DNA of 45,803 nucleotides, taken from the NCBI GenBank assembly GCA_000934665.2, contig JYFJ02003152.1:1-45803 (forward strand), given 5' to 3'. Positions within the stretch are counted from its first letter, which is position 1; each line of letters starts with the position of its first letter. Shown here one piece after another: positions 8,748-23,200 of this stretch. Made by a program: the position numbers and the translations under genes. The DNA comes from Catajapyx aquilonaris (taxonomy: Eukaryota). Under the pieces are notes generated by a model, which saw nothing but the letters and a program-made list of their open reading frames with translations, did no database searches and was not told the DNA's origin.

Positions 8748-11700
8748 TTTATTTCGCCCTGCACAATTCAAGGAAAGGATCAGGTCGCAATATAAGTAGT
8801 TTCTTCACAGGACGGACAATAAAAACGGCAATATTTTAAGTATATATTATTTTTACTTCCACTCATGTCACGTGACACACTACAAGGAGGGTTAACAAGG
8901 TACAGCATGACTGTAACAAAGCATATATTTTTTTAGCCTTCTCTTTGACAATCTTATCCTGGCAGGAGAGTGGAAGTCTCAAAGAAAGCTTTTTATTGTA
9001 CAAACATGTGTGTTTTTATACTTCTCTCTCTTTTTTTTTAAATACCTACTATCCAATATTTGCAACACTACTTCTTTTTTTGGAACCGCTAACGTTAACA
9101 CAACTGCGTCGCATAAGTGACACTACACTGGGCACATTGGAATTCAAGCGTTTTCAATAGTTGTACGGAACGGTCATGCTTCTTTTTTTTTTTCCCTTGC
9201 GAATTGAGAGGTGGCTTTCTCAAAAGTGACCATATGCACCCTTTATATGCATGACTAGTTAACTCAAGTGTGGGAGAGTGAAAAGAGAGAGAGAGAGAGA
9301 GAACAGTCGTAGATTATACAACAGATTGTCATACAGACTTTATCACAAATTTTGATTTCATATTTCTAATTAGGTTGCGTTTACATGGGAGCGATTCGCT
9401 CTGATGAAACCGTTTGTGGGCGATTGTTACTTTCGCCGCAAACAATCGGCATTTAAAGCCCACCGCATGCGTGTCAACTAAGGGTGAGTCGTATAGAGAG
9501 AGAAAATATTGAAGCCTTCACCTGAGTGTGTGCAAACACTGAAGTAGCTAGTAGAAGAGGCACAATTTACATTTTTTTTTTTTCCAAGAGATAAATGCAG
9601 AGTCCGGCCCTGTTTCCACAAAAAATAAAATTAAAAAAAGTTCCTGATAGTAAAAAGGTCTCCCCTTTTCCAGTTAGAAAGCACTTCTAAAATAGAGACA
9701 GCACAAAAATGCAGTGCTTCAGCTCTCCCCGAAAGTCTTCAAATGTCGGCGCACACACACACTCACAGGTACACGACAAGCACAATAGGATTACTCTCAC
9801 ACTTGTTGGAAAAAAAAGTGGGGGGGGTGAAGGTCCACCCAAAGTGCTACGCAGAGAGAAGAAAAAAAAACGTAATTTTGTGTGGTTATTTTTCCGATGA
9901 ACAGATCGCGTCGCCACTTAGTCAGAAGCGACATTTTTTTTTTGCATTTGAATGCTACAGACATGCGCGGAAAACAGCACTGAGAACCAAATGTTCATCC
10001 CCAGCGCACTCACAGCTCGTTTACTAACTACACACCATAATATATTAAATTTTTTTTTTTTTTAAATCCTCTCACTTGGAAACATGTGACAAGTTCCATT
10101 TTGCAAACTATTGTCATGTTTGACAAAGCGTTTTTTTTTTCTCTTTTATTCTGGCAATATAATTATTATAATCTGATACCTGTTTGGATTCAGGTGATGT
10201 GGTAGTGCTGGCCTCACTTTGTATTAGTTTGGCACGGGACAAATGACTCAACTAAAAAAAAACAAATTATATGACTTAACGATTTGTACACACACAAAAA
10301 AACATATACGTAACAAATAATAAAAAGAGTTTGTGCTCGTAACGAGACCTTTTTTTCTTCCAATGACAAGCTCTACAGCACCATTTCTAGTCTTGTACAA
10401 GAATGCCATTCAAGTAGCTATAAAAATTGCTGAATCGGTACCAAATTCTACAACTATTGAATATGGCGACCTTTTAAAAGCAACTAATTTGATATCAAAA
10501 AATTCATCCACTCTGAATGGCATTCCACATGTAATCTCTTATATGTCAATCACTCAATAAATGCTACGCACTCTTCACTGGGATACTTTTGAGGAGACCA
10601 ATCTGATTGGTCAAAACTGCTGATGCAAATATTATTTTAAAAACCAGAAACAAAAGTGATGAAAATTGTCGGAACAGAAAGAAAAAACTACTTGGAAAAA
10701 AAAAATCGCCAACTCCCATACCACTCTTTGGGCGGAATTTTTTCCCAACCCAACAAGCATCACATACTGTCTCTTCGCTACAGAGTTTAACAACTATCTA
10801 GCAACAACAAACAATTAGGTGGATTTAAAATGGTCAAGAAAAAGAATAGATGTTTTGTACGAAAATAGAAACTTTTTAGGTTCTAGGGTGGGGTGTGCAA
10901 GTGTGGAGAGCAGAAGTCGGTTAAGAGTAAGGAATTTACTGTTCAGGGGGACAACGAGGAAGAGGGGGGGGAAAAAAAGGATCTCTTGAGGAAACGAACG
11001 ACTCACTCACACTACACAACACTGAACCTGACAGAGTGGGAGGGAGCAGTTTCAACACCAAAAAACAGACCAACTTCTCACAAACGACTATAATATTATC
11101 TGCCTAAAAACAATAAAAACAAATGTGGACAAAACGACTAGACTTGGGGGAGGGGGGTCAGGGGGGGCGAAGGATGGGATACTAGTTTAAAAATTGGTCA
11201 GTAACTCTGCACTGGCTCACATGATTTGGGAGTGTGGGTCAAAGGTCGGGATACAACCAAAAAAAAAATGCCCAATAATATTGTCTATGTACAACAAACA
11301 CATGGCAGAAGATATGCAGAGAAATGCACACCATGATATCACTTTTCCCCTCCCCAAGCGATTAGAATCTGCTAATTATTACTTCTTCTTTTTTACGTCA
11401 AAAATAATATCCAACGAAATTGCATACAAATATATTACTTTAGTTGCACATGCAGCAGCCTCAATTCTGAAATATCAAAAGGTACGTGCTAGCGCAGTAC
11501 TTCCGAGATACTTCTGAAAAGTGTCATTATTATCTGAAATCTCACAATTTACACTGTAGATCCGTCTCCCTTAAATAATTTTGATATAAAAACATGGTGT
11601 CCATTCCGTGTTCTGCACAATTTTAAACGTGAACTGGATCAACAAGACAATTACTCAACTTATTATGGCTGGAAAGAAACATTCACCATGAGTCTTTCAA

Positions 11701-12513
11701 AAAAGAAAACAAATACGAGCTTGCCCTTTCTCTACATGTATGTGGCAAGCACTTTATTAATGTACCTATTTAGTGTCCATATGTATATATTATTTTATTT
11801 TGTCCAACTGGAGCAACGCTGGGCAGAGCAACAGAAGTGGATCTGATATGCGTGGAAGATATACCTGCAGCTATTATTTCTTTTAATTTAAAAAAAACCA
11901 CATCCCGAGCAACAATCAAGGCTCCATCATTGTCATCATCTCTTTTTTTTAAGATTTGAGGCAGAATAAGAACTGAGAGAAAAAGACATGTAAACGAGAT
12001 TAAGAGGAAAGGGAGGGGGTCAAGTGACAGGAGGTCAGTCTTGAAGTGAGCAGTGAAGTTAACACTAAGGGACAAAGCGCATGGAGGACAGTTAACTAAT
12101 GTAATTGCAAGTGTTGGGTGCACACCGTCGGATCGAGGGATTGGGAAATGGAGAGAACCGAAAGCTGGACACTACAAAGAGGAATTAAAAATGGAGTAGG
12201 AAACAAACCAATCAGACATTGCTTTCTTCAAATTTAAAAACTGTCCCGCATTCCCCATGCCCTCTTAAAATTTCCCTCTTTTTTTTTTCCTTTTTTGATT
12301 AAAAACGACAGAAGCTCTGAAACGGTCAGTTTAAGACCTTTCCGCACCCCTGCATATGTTCCTCCTACCCCATACATCCCCAATTTTCCGAGTACAATTG
12401 TAGCCAAGAGTGAAGTGCGAAAGAGCACACACAGCAGACCCGCCCAAAAAATTCTTCTTTCTTCCTTCTTGTCACTCTTCTCAACTTCCATCTCTTAAGG
12501 CTATGGACCTACT
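8748..12513 (-). other. Probable long (~3.8 kb) 3' UTR of PKA-RII
   Basis: Directly follows the stop at 12514-12516, has many U-tracts on the minus strand and no credible ORF. Minus-strand AATAAA at 8748-8753, with others at 8608-8613 and internally. Confidence 0.5.
9373..9478. mobile_element. Third, degenerate copy of the Harbinger-like MITE family
   Basis: TTA-GGTTGCGTTTACATGGGAGCGATTC closely matches the left TIR at 1812; the right end is decayed. Confidence 0.5.
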
Positions 12514-15500
12514 TCATCGCATCTCACTCACGCTGATCTTGGTTCCAAAGATGCGCTCCAGCTGCCCCTCGTAATCGTCTATGTTGCGCTTCATGATCTC
12601 CATGCAGGGACCCAAAAGGCGCTCAAATGCGTCCACATCCAAGACTAAAAATAACCAAGAGCATTAAATTTTGCCACATATCTTAACCTGGAACAGCACA
12701 ACTGGTTCATACGAAATACCGTAGCATTTCTTAATCTAAATGGAGATCACTTTAACCTTTACGATCTAGTGTGTCAGACTCATAACCCACTTATTCGAGC
12801 AGCATAGTCCATTATCTTAATAACCCTGCGCAAACCAAATTGGCTTTGCTGCAATACTTACAAGCCAGCTTTACATCCCCAGCCGCATAAGCAGATGCTG
12901 CTCTCGGCCTGTGGGTCACCAGTGCTAGCTCTCCAAAGTACTGTCCTTTAGTCACCCGGCTCACCTGATAAAAGCACAGGCGCAAGATCACATTAATGAC
13001 AATGTCATCACTATATTCCCCTACAAGCTACGTCACACTAATAACCCATTAGTACATATATCATGCGTTAATGTTTAATGACAACTCTAACCTCCGCCTG
13101 TACGCCATTTTCTCCCAGCATGGAGATGCGTATGGTCCCCTCTTCAACAAAGTACATTCCATCGGCTACGTGCCCCTGGTGGATGATCTCATCCCCATTC
13201 TTGTAGGTACGTGGAACCAATGCATCAGCCAGGTTCATACGTTCATATGACTCCAGGGTCTTGAGCATGGGCACACCCTCGATTAGGGCCTCGTACATCT
13301 TGCGCTTTCGGAAGGCCGACTTGAGCACGATGCGACGGAATGTCTGCCGGTCCATGGCCCACAGCAAGCCCTCTGTGTCTGCCTGGATGGTGGCTGCCCT
13401 CGGCATGTTGTACATCAGAGCAAGCTCCCCGAAGCTGCCAACGTTGTCATATGAGCCCACCTTGCGGGAGGCCTTGTCATCTTCAAACCAGACAAATATG
13501 CTATACACACCACTGCAGGGGAGAGAGTGTCACTAATTATTGTCCTGCAATTTAAATGCACTTAAAATACACTGATCATGAATAGCATAAAATAAAAGGA
13601 ACCTACACCCCTGATCAGATCTAATTAAGGTGAGGACCACATGTAGTCACAATAAAGTGTGATTATACTAGGAGGCAGACACAAGATGCACTTGATATGC
13701 TAATGAGATTTGCAACACTGACATGACTGTTTACACTATCATCATGCCTCAGACGAGCTACCTAAGGTAACTCTCAAATTGATGTACTCCTGGTTGAGCC
13801 TCAAAGGCACAGTCTCCTAGACTTGTTGACACCCATACCATACAATAAATCAACATTTTATAGACACAAGCAAACGTACTGACTGATGCCTTTATAAGCG
13901 TTCCAGACGTGAACAGCTCTCTACAGAGACTAGCCCTCTGCTTATGTGCCGACCAGATAGGCCGTCAGAGCAAAGTATACACTGCATGAAATTGTGAACA
14001 GACAAGTTTCCCTCCAGACGATCTACTCTTGATTACGGGGGAGAAAGCAAGACACAATGGAGAACAGGATCACCAGACGTGAGGCTTATCCATTCACAAA
14101 CTCGTTATCCATGCAGTAAACATGTGTGTTTGGGGCTGTGCCCTGAAATGCTCACCTCTGGATCACTATCAAGCTGAGCCCCATAATGCAAGCACACCTT
14201 ACAGGCTAGAAATAACTGGTCCAATTGGCATGCAGTACACTAACGAAACTAATCAATGGAAAGAAAGAACTTACCTCTCAATGACATAAAAATTGTCTCC
14301 ATCATCCCCTTGCTTGATGACATATTCCCCTGATGTCACCCTCCTCTCAAACATGGCATCCAGCACCTCCTGCATCTGCTCCTGCACATCATTTCCACGT
14401 GCAAATAATAAGAATAACTCAGATGAGAGCTCCGTGAAACCACAATACTCCAACTCCCTTTTTTACTTACGGCTTCTAGAGACCGAAAGAGAAGAATATT
14501 CCTCACAGCCTCCGCCAGCCTCTTCCTCTGCTCGTCTGACTTGGGGTGAACCACCTTCCAAGGAGAAGCAATCATCAGTATTGTTGAGCCAAACGCACTA
14601 TATACAAATGTTCATGAAAGACGATTCCTATTTGCCCTGATGCTATTCTTGCACTATTTATACATTTAAGATGGTGGACAGAGGCAGCGTCACACCGAAT
14701 AAACAAAAAGTCTCATATCACGAGCACAAATAGATGCGTTCTAGCAGCACTCCAACTGGTCAATCGCTGTGTCACTGACATCAATACCAACCCTAGTTCT
14801 TGAAATTCAGATACACGCTCATGGCATAATCCCAGCAGTTTTGATTTGCATGCGCTTGACCCAGAAATCCAAAACAATGCAGGCAAGAGTTGAAGCTTAT
14901 GACGCGAGGCAAACAATGGGGAGAAAACGTAGTGCGGATTTAAACATGCAGCCAATCCATTTTCAATTTGGTGCTCTACCTGCCTGCTGGAGAACAAATA
15001 AAAAAGGAGATTTATGGCCGAGAGGGAGAAATACCACGGCTGGCTTAAATTTACCCTCCTTCCTCCCGAAGATTCTTAGCAAAGAACGACACAGTACTCC
15101 GAGGGGCCAATCCACATCGTTTTTCAACTTTAAAAAGTATCTGAATATCATTGTGCAAAGAAATGATTGCATCCCAATATTGCCAATTGTGAGACTATTT
15201 TTATCTCACGCATTTTCCATACACACCTTTGGTGCATCTTCATCGTCGTCTTCCTCAGGATTATACGCCTCTGCGAATACAGACTTCCTACGGTTTGGAA
15301 GCACTGGTGGGGGCTCTGGAAATGACAAGAAACACCACCATGCAATTTAACTGGTTGGCACAAGGCATAAGTGTACACACATGCACTTACCAAATTCCTC
15401 ATCATCGCCTGATCCCATTGACTCGTCCGAGGATTGGGTGATGGCAGTCTTGTTGTACGAGCGGTTGTCCCGCAGCTTTGTGAAGAAATCCACAGCATAT

Positions 15501-15607
15501 TCTACTATGTCACTAGGCTGCTCCAGAAGGTAACTTATTGTGAAGTCCAGGAGCAGCTCCCTTAACTCATCAGGCACTGTGAACTTCGACATTCCAGTGC
15601 GGTTCAT
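12514..15607 (-). CDS. Pka-R2: cAMP-dependent protein kinase type II regulatory subunit, ~383 aa
   Basis: Exons 15607-15391, 15315-15227, 14554-14471, 14381-14275, 13512-13092, 12964-12862, 12644-12514 join in frame (1152 nt). D/D domain [24 protein letters not shown] autophosphorylation site [51 protein letters not shown]-terminal [16 protein letters not shown]. Confidence 0.97.
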
Positions 15608-17194
15608 TTTTGTACTCCCGTAACAGCCAAGAAAGTTACTGGCTCCTCCTCTTTGTCCAGTGACTAGCGTTCCCTGTCTCCAATTGCTAGCGTATTATTG
15701 GCAGTGCTGCATTGCAATCATGGCACTGATTGAGTCCCTTTAAAAAATTTTGAACTCTGAGGCTGAGATGCTACCACCTCTCACACACATTCACCTCACT
15801 GACACAATGCACCTCCCGTGTTGAATGGCAGATAGATGGCAGCCACTTTTCATGCTCGCAAATATTGTCCATGCATTTTTCTTAACCTGAAATGAAAGAT
15901 GCTTAATTAATAATATTCTGCACAACAACACATTACAACATGCAATTTTGAATCTCATTACAACTTCAGGTATATTCGACATTACTCTCGTCTGTCACTG
16001 CTCTCCAGATTGCCACTCTCTGCCAACATATCAGTTCATACTCATTTCTCCACTCTCCAACTACGACCTGAACCTCATCAACATTTGTAATCACACATTT
16101 CCTCCAAGCTCCTAAAATTACTCCGCAGCATCTTATCACTTCTAAAGAGAAGGCAAAAGTAACAGACCTTGCTCTATTATTCAGGTTACATCGACACAAA
16201 ACAGCCAAATATTTACATGCATTAACACATCGAATCACTGTTTTTCAGGATGTCAAGACGTTGCACGCATTTGCATAACCTAGTGGTACAATGTCTGTGT
16301 CCCATAAATTGGCAAGTTAGTCCACCAATTATGCAAGTCAAATGTGTAGAATTTGTGATCAGCTAGGTTAGCACATGAGGGAAGTACACCTTTGAGAAAC
16401 ACTATCCAAACAGCAGCTAGTGAACATCACTTTCATCCTCTCCAATAGTGTGTTGTCTATCTTCCTCACAAAAGCATCACGTGAATAATTGCCATTGTGG
16501 CAGTATTAATATCAGTGCATTGTGAATGGCATCTGTGAATTACATATGAGTTGCACATATCATTGTGACAATCATTGTAATCCGGAGCAAAATAATTCAT
16601 TTTATTGTCACAGTTGTGACAGTTCCGAATAGAAGACAGCAGAATATTAGCTCAGCCACATCATATGTGACCATTTATTTGCACGCATACCTTGCATGGG
16701 TAGTGCTATTTCGCAATATTCACCCACTGCATGTAAAAAAATATGATGGTCAAAACCAGTTCAAGTTACAAAATTAATACATATCAGGATTCAACAAAAT
16801 CAACTTGCTATATAGGCTACTTTTGCGGTCAACTAATGACTACTGACAAAAAAGCAGGGATTGAATAGTAGTGCACATGTTATATTGTTAAAACTCATAA
16901 TGTGGTATTTCCCTCTCTCTCTAATCCCTTCAGAGCTATTCATGTCATTATTGACATTTTATCACAAAATTACCTTGGCTACTTGCAACTTCTAGCACAT
17001 CTGACTATCCCACCTTTCCTTGACCCTCCCCAAATAAACCACCTTTTGCAGTGTATTTTTGCAATTTGCATAGTGCATTAGGTTGCAACGCATATATGAA
17101 CTGGACACCTCCTGAATTGGTATTTCCACCTTGGCATGGTGGTGAGGCTTGTGTGTTCCCATCACTCTAATCACCCAAGAGCTACACCGGTGCA

Positions 17195-17271
17195 GTGGTA
17201 GCTTAGCTGCTAGTAGGGGTCTCCTAATCCGGAGGTCTTTGTGGGGTCGGAGGAAGACCACAGAGTACCAC
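17195..17271 (+). pseudogene. Degenerate tRNA-like sequence (tRNA-derived SINE head or tRNA pseudogene)
   Basis: GTGGTA..TACCAC ends can pair; TAGCTTAGCTG is A-box-like; GTCTCCTAATCCGGAGGTC resembles the anticodon/variable arm of elongator tRNA-Met. The TTC loop is missing, so it is not a functional tRNA. Confidence 0.35.
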
Positions 17272-20200
17272 CGTCTCTTTACCTGTCCTGCCTCTTCTCT
17301 ATCTCACTATAGCCAGATAGCCTAAGTTGCTTTCACTTCTTCCCACGTAAGCAACCGTTAAGTGGACAAATGCTCAGCCCATATGAAAAACAAGACAAAC
17401 TTTTAAAGTTCCCCTAATGCTTAAATACCAACGTCACGCATTCCACTTAAAATGTTCACATGGTATTATCTGGCAGCTGAGTAGTGTATTCACCTCTGTG
17501 AACTGTATTGCACAAACCTCCATTATTTTTCATTCCATTTTCTGGAATCTCTCACCTAACACTCTGGCCCAAAAGCAGAAAAGGATGACTGGGACGGGTG
17601 GTGCAAGTACAACTCAATGGTTCACATGATACTGCTCTTGTCATATCTCTTACATTTAGTGCAACTTAAGGTGAAATACCTAATCCTGAGCCCTGATGAA
17701 AGTACAACATCCATAACTTATTGATTATCTAATTGATTATAAGATTATTACTGTATCAATATCCATGAACTGCCCACAATCATTTTCCTCTGAAGTGTTT
17801 TATTCAACCAAGTAATCAATCCTCTTATACAGTACAATTGGAGCTTCCAATCATCAGCTGCAATTAGCAGTAAATGATTTCACACTCACTTACTTAAAAT
17901 TACCTGCTACACGCCTACACAACCTGGTGGAAATGCCACAGCTTCTTTATTACACTTACAGTCACTGAGCCATTGAATGGTGCCTCTCTGATAACATGTT
18001 CAAATGAGTTCGCATCCTTTCAGTTGACCTACTGACTTAATGCAACAGACCTGTGTTACCTGCACTTGCATTGTAGTTACATGCAAATGCACAATGCCAC
18101 AATTTTACACTCACTTGTCAGTCCACTTCTGATTACTTCTCCCATGACTACTGTTTGAAATATCATTTGTCAAAATGTTTCCTCACGAATGAGCTGGCAC
18201 ATTTCGCACTTGTCCACAGATATAAAATTTTGAACAATACACTTCCTGGAAAATATTCATCTACATGCATTGGGTCTCTAAGTAACGTACTATAGGTGAT
18301 GTCGCTATAAAACAATACTTGAGCAACATAAGTGCATGACAAAAGCATAATTTTTCTTTGCAAGCAAGCAATTATTGCACTATTAAAAACAATTCTTGCA
18401 AGACACCAAATTATTCTCGAGTAATTCTCTATGTGCAAGCATAGCCACTATAAGCCATGAGTTAAGCCATTAGCATTTATTTATTGCTAACCTGATTGTG
18501 TAAAGGACATGTCTACATTTCTAAATTTATGTGCTTGGAAACTAACCACTTTCTCTGGTCATAATCAAAGTCACATCCTTTTTCATCCCTTTCAAGGTTA
18601 TGTAGTTGTAACTAACAAAGCAGGACGAGGCAGGTCCAGCCTGAACATGACCTCTTTGACACACAGCCAAACTCGGTTTGATTACACAGTATTTCCTTTG
18701 CTTACTCCAATCATTACCAGTTGTTAAACATTAAAACCCTCCCCACAGCCCCACAGGAGACATTTAATCGCTCCTTCATTGTAGTCAAGTTTACAAGTCA
18801 GTTTATAATAAATGCAATTAATTACAGCCAGCCAGCTTTGGTACACATTACAAAAGAGCACGTAATGTACGAAAAATGAGAGAACGATCCGACATCATCA
18901 AGGTTTCCATGGAAATACTCTCACAGAACAATATGAGTAAACAGTGTCAACAAAAGGCAACAATGGAGGAAACGATGATATCAGATCGTTCGCTCGTTTT
19001 CCATACATTAGTTCTTTTTCTTTTTTCATATTTGCCTGTCACAAAACAAAATTCAAACATAAGCATTTCAAATTTGATGCCTCAGTTGGAAACTGCATTT
19101 TGACAGGTAGTATTTTGTTATTTTAAAATATAACATGAGAGCAATAAAAAAACCATGCCTCCACATATCCATGGGTCAAAACTCAAAAGTTCTTCAATTA
19201 CCACGTGAATTTGAAATACTATGATTATGCCAACTAAAGTATCCTTAATGCATTAAGGTAAATATCACGTGCAAAGACATTCTGATAATAATTCTTGAAA
19301 TTGTCGCTTGTATTTTAAAAGCCACATATTTTACAGGAAGTTAAACAGCTCATTTTTAAACGTACATTAGTTATAATTATTCACGATTGTATGTAATCAC
19401 ATTCCACCAGAATTATTGAGGCATACCTGTGATTGCTAAACATGTAGATTACACACCTAATTTCATGTGAAGTTAGCCCCTTGAATATAATTCAATAACC
19501 TGCTGAAAGATGGTATTCCTTCCTATACTGCATTTGGAATCTCAATACCTGCGCATTACAAGGGTGTAGCCAGGAAGTACCTATTGCCAACAACCCAGAG
19601 TGAAAAATATTTGTGGGAGTGCTGCCAGTTCATACAATAATGCATATGTTACACAGTAAGGGCATATGTACAACTTTAAAAATAACAATAAAATAATTAC
19701 AAATAACAACATGCATGTGTGTGCAAGTCTGACACTTCCTTACTTGCAATTAATTTTCCACCTAGGCACTGCACTGGCACGTAGTCTAATGTCAAAATGT
19801 AGTAGGCGGCCCCAAATATAAACCTCACTGCCAGCAGAGTGCAGGTGGGGTAACCAACACACCTTCTCTCAATTCGCCCTAAGGGATCAATCAATTCACA
19901 ATGCACCTGCTCCCCCTCCATTCCCCGTAGAAGATCCTGAATTCCACCTCTCTCCAACTTCCTTCAATGTCCTGCACATGCAGCGATATCCATAAATTCT
20001 AATTTCAGAAATCAAAGTTTCCTCTACCTAGGTGAAATTATCATTTCCCTCATTTCAGTCAAGAGTTCCTTAGAAAAATGTTTAATCACTTCCTAACTTT
20101 ACCATTTCTCTTAGTTTGAAGCTTCCCTTGCATCGTACTCTAGCAGGATATCATTAGGCCTTAAATAATTCAGTGAATAACACCCTCACTGGTGAATAAC

Positions 20201-23200
20201 AAAATGTGGTGACATCAATCAAGGGCAGCTGCTATATGAAGACAATCAACTTGTCTATTGCTATTTTGTACACATGTTGTACTCCAAAAATCACTAGCTT
20301 TAATACTGTAGTACCAATATAAAGAATGAATCACGTGTATTAGTCACTGGTGCCATAGTATTTCCCAAGATGCACATTTGTGCGCATATATATGAAAATC
20401 CTCCAACGTGCTTGTAGTTCTACAACATAGATGTAGAATTAATCTTATCAAAGAGAGTCTGGACTTCTACTGAAGAATGCTATCAAACATGATAAAAAGT
20501 ATCACAATCAATACCCTCTTGCTACCTACTGTGCATGCTTCTAAATTTGATAACACTATCAGCCTCACTGTTAAGGATGCTGCAACTGAAAACCTACCTC
20601 AAAAACAGGTGTATAAATTTCATTCCCTTAGACTTCGGGAGAATCTGCATTACACAACAATCTTAAAGATGCAAACCTTGGATTGATGGCCCATCATGCC
20701 ATAACCAAATGCCCTGGTCTCATATAGGAGACAACAGTACAAAAAATTTTAACCTCTTTGAAACCTCCCAGCTTCTTTCTAGTTTCTACAGTACAAACAA
20801 AGCATCCAGTTCTGAATGATTCTGTCAGTAGCTTCATATAAAAACAATTTCCCTTTACAAGCTGACCATGTAAATAGATCACTAATGGCTTCTTATGCAC
20901 AATCCCCCTAATGGACAAGTTTTTAAAGAATTATAAAATGACCTACCATTTTACACAGCAAACTCCACCAATGTACTTGTGTGCCAACCACATTTGCTTA
21001 CATTACTATTTCACAGCACTTTTAATGAGCCGCCTAGGTCATTTACAATTTAAAGCCTGCCACTGCTCACCTTTTAGTGGTCTGCTTGCACATGTGAAGC
21101 ATCCCACTAGACGTACACTTACAGATCATTGCAACATTTGTTTTTAAATATTCAGTTTCCACCTAATTAAATCTCAAAAAATCAGAAATGCAGACAGTCA
21201 GTTCCCATATCTCTGAATTATCCCAGTGAAATTTGCAAATATATGCTGTGAATGCTCCAAACAAATGGTGCAATAAACTGTATGCAAAAATTGCATATAT
21301 GCATTGCTCAGGTGAAGATATTGCAATAGCAAATGACTTATGTGATGGTTACATTATCCACTCCTTTATGTAAAAAAAAAAATCTCTGTACTGCATGAAA
21401 CATCCTTCAAGCTGGGGTTCAATGGGCTGTGCAGTAGAAACTGCTCAATGTAGATCTACCTCTAAACCTTGATTTTTGAAATGTGACACATCTGGCTCTT
21501 CATCAATAAATGAGATACACTCAAAATACGAGTTACAAGAGAAGCTTATCCTACAACTGTAACTATTTTGACTGACTAACCTGAAATATGCTAACTATTT
21601 AGGCTAACAGTGCTATAACAATACAACTAACCATTTGTATCACCTAGTTACAGAACTACTAAAATGCACTACTTTCATGTTACTTCAAAACAATTGTGCA
21701 GAATGTGACAATATATTGTGTACTCTACAAAACAGTTTCATATCAGCGCTGAACACAACTCTCAAGCTCAACAGGTGAGACTGAACATCAATACTATTTG
21801 CCTCATGCAACTCACATGAGTCAACACAAGCAAGTGCTTAATGGACCTCGAGTCGCTCCTTTTCAGAGGGACAATTGCATCAAGTTATTACCTCACTCAC
21901 AAATTATAATTTCCCAGTGTACGCAGCATCATACATGCATGCTCCTAATGACGAGAGTGATCTTATAGTGTGAAGAGGGGATTGAGGGCAATTTCTGACA
22001 ACTGCAGTTCACACTACTTGGCTATCATGGGAAGTTGAATTTTCACTTCCAACCTGGCGGTTATTTTTTCTCATAATTGCAAATAAAATTACACATAGTG
22101 CACTTTGTGCAGTAAAGAGCAAATAAAATCAATGTGCATATACCATATTATTGACTTTAAAGAGTTCCACTTGTTTTCTAAAAATACGTCTTTAGGAGGC
22201 AAAAAATAGACTGTCTATGAATAATATAAGATCTCGAGAACGCTGACATAAGATTGCAGGTCAAATCAATGTAGCAAACATGATTACTAGTGGAATGACC
22301 ACAACTGGCATATCAGTGTCTAGCTACATTGGAGAGTTAGGGTGGAATGGACACCCAAAGTATCATGTACTAATGGAATATACTGCTAGTGAATCAACAC
22401 TACGTGCCAAAATGTAATATGGTCATACCATGTATGAGATGAAATGTACACAGGGCAGAACCTCACTCGCACTGCAACTGAACAGCACTGCAGAGACCAC
22501 AACTACACCAGGCATAAAAATTGCTTTAAACCTCAAATGAGTTTGGGTTCACCTCCTTAATTTAATATGCAGCCTATCAACCTGCCATTCCCAAAATGCC
22601 CTTCTCTTGGATCTATAATTTGTCAAAGTGCTACTTTTACATCATTGAAAGGAACTACCGTAATAACATTTAGTTACCTTGCTTCTAGTGCTTGTCATAA
22701 ATAAAATTCAATGAAAGAAATTCCACCTTGATGCATTGCCACTTCAATGTGTCAGCAATATCTTCATCAAAAGGTACTAAAAAGCACAAGAACATACTTT
22801 TTTGGTAAATAAATACTGGTACAGCATTGTACCTTGAAGCATCAGACTGTACTGTACCTCGCAGCTCTACTTATACTGAGGAGAACAACAATTTGCACTT
22901 CTGTCACTATTTTCATGAATCTGTATAATTTGGTAGTAAAATATGACAGTAGCCTTTGTCCTTGTACATAAAAAGTGGTCATGGTCATTTTTATCAAACT
23001 AATTTCCTCACTAAGCACATAAAATTGTTGTACCACTGCATTTGTTATCCCACACAAAACATGTCCCTAGTGTCATCTGCTTGCCATTTAGGTGTGCACA
23101 TGCAGCATTGCACGCAGTATCATGATAATATGAACCATGCACAACACCACCCCTATGTCCACTTAAATCTCCATATTGCAACATGGAGAATATGTGTTCC

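Noticed and set aside
10080..10120. Imperfect hairpin in the PKA-RII 3' UTR
   Set aside because: AT-rich and bulged; within chance expectation and too short for a miRNA precursor.
14975..14995. Possible microexon TTCTCCAG|CAGGCAG|GTAGAG in a PKA-RII intron
   Set aside because: Lengths of 7 or 4 nt would shift the frame; no supporting evidence.
14769..15350. 193-aa plus-strand ORF within PKA-RII
   Set aside because: Antisense to an intron and exon, with no recognisable domain.
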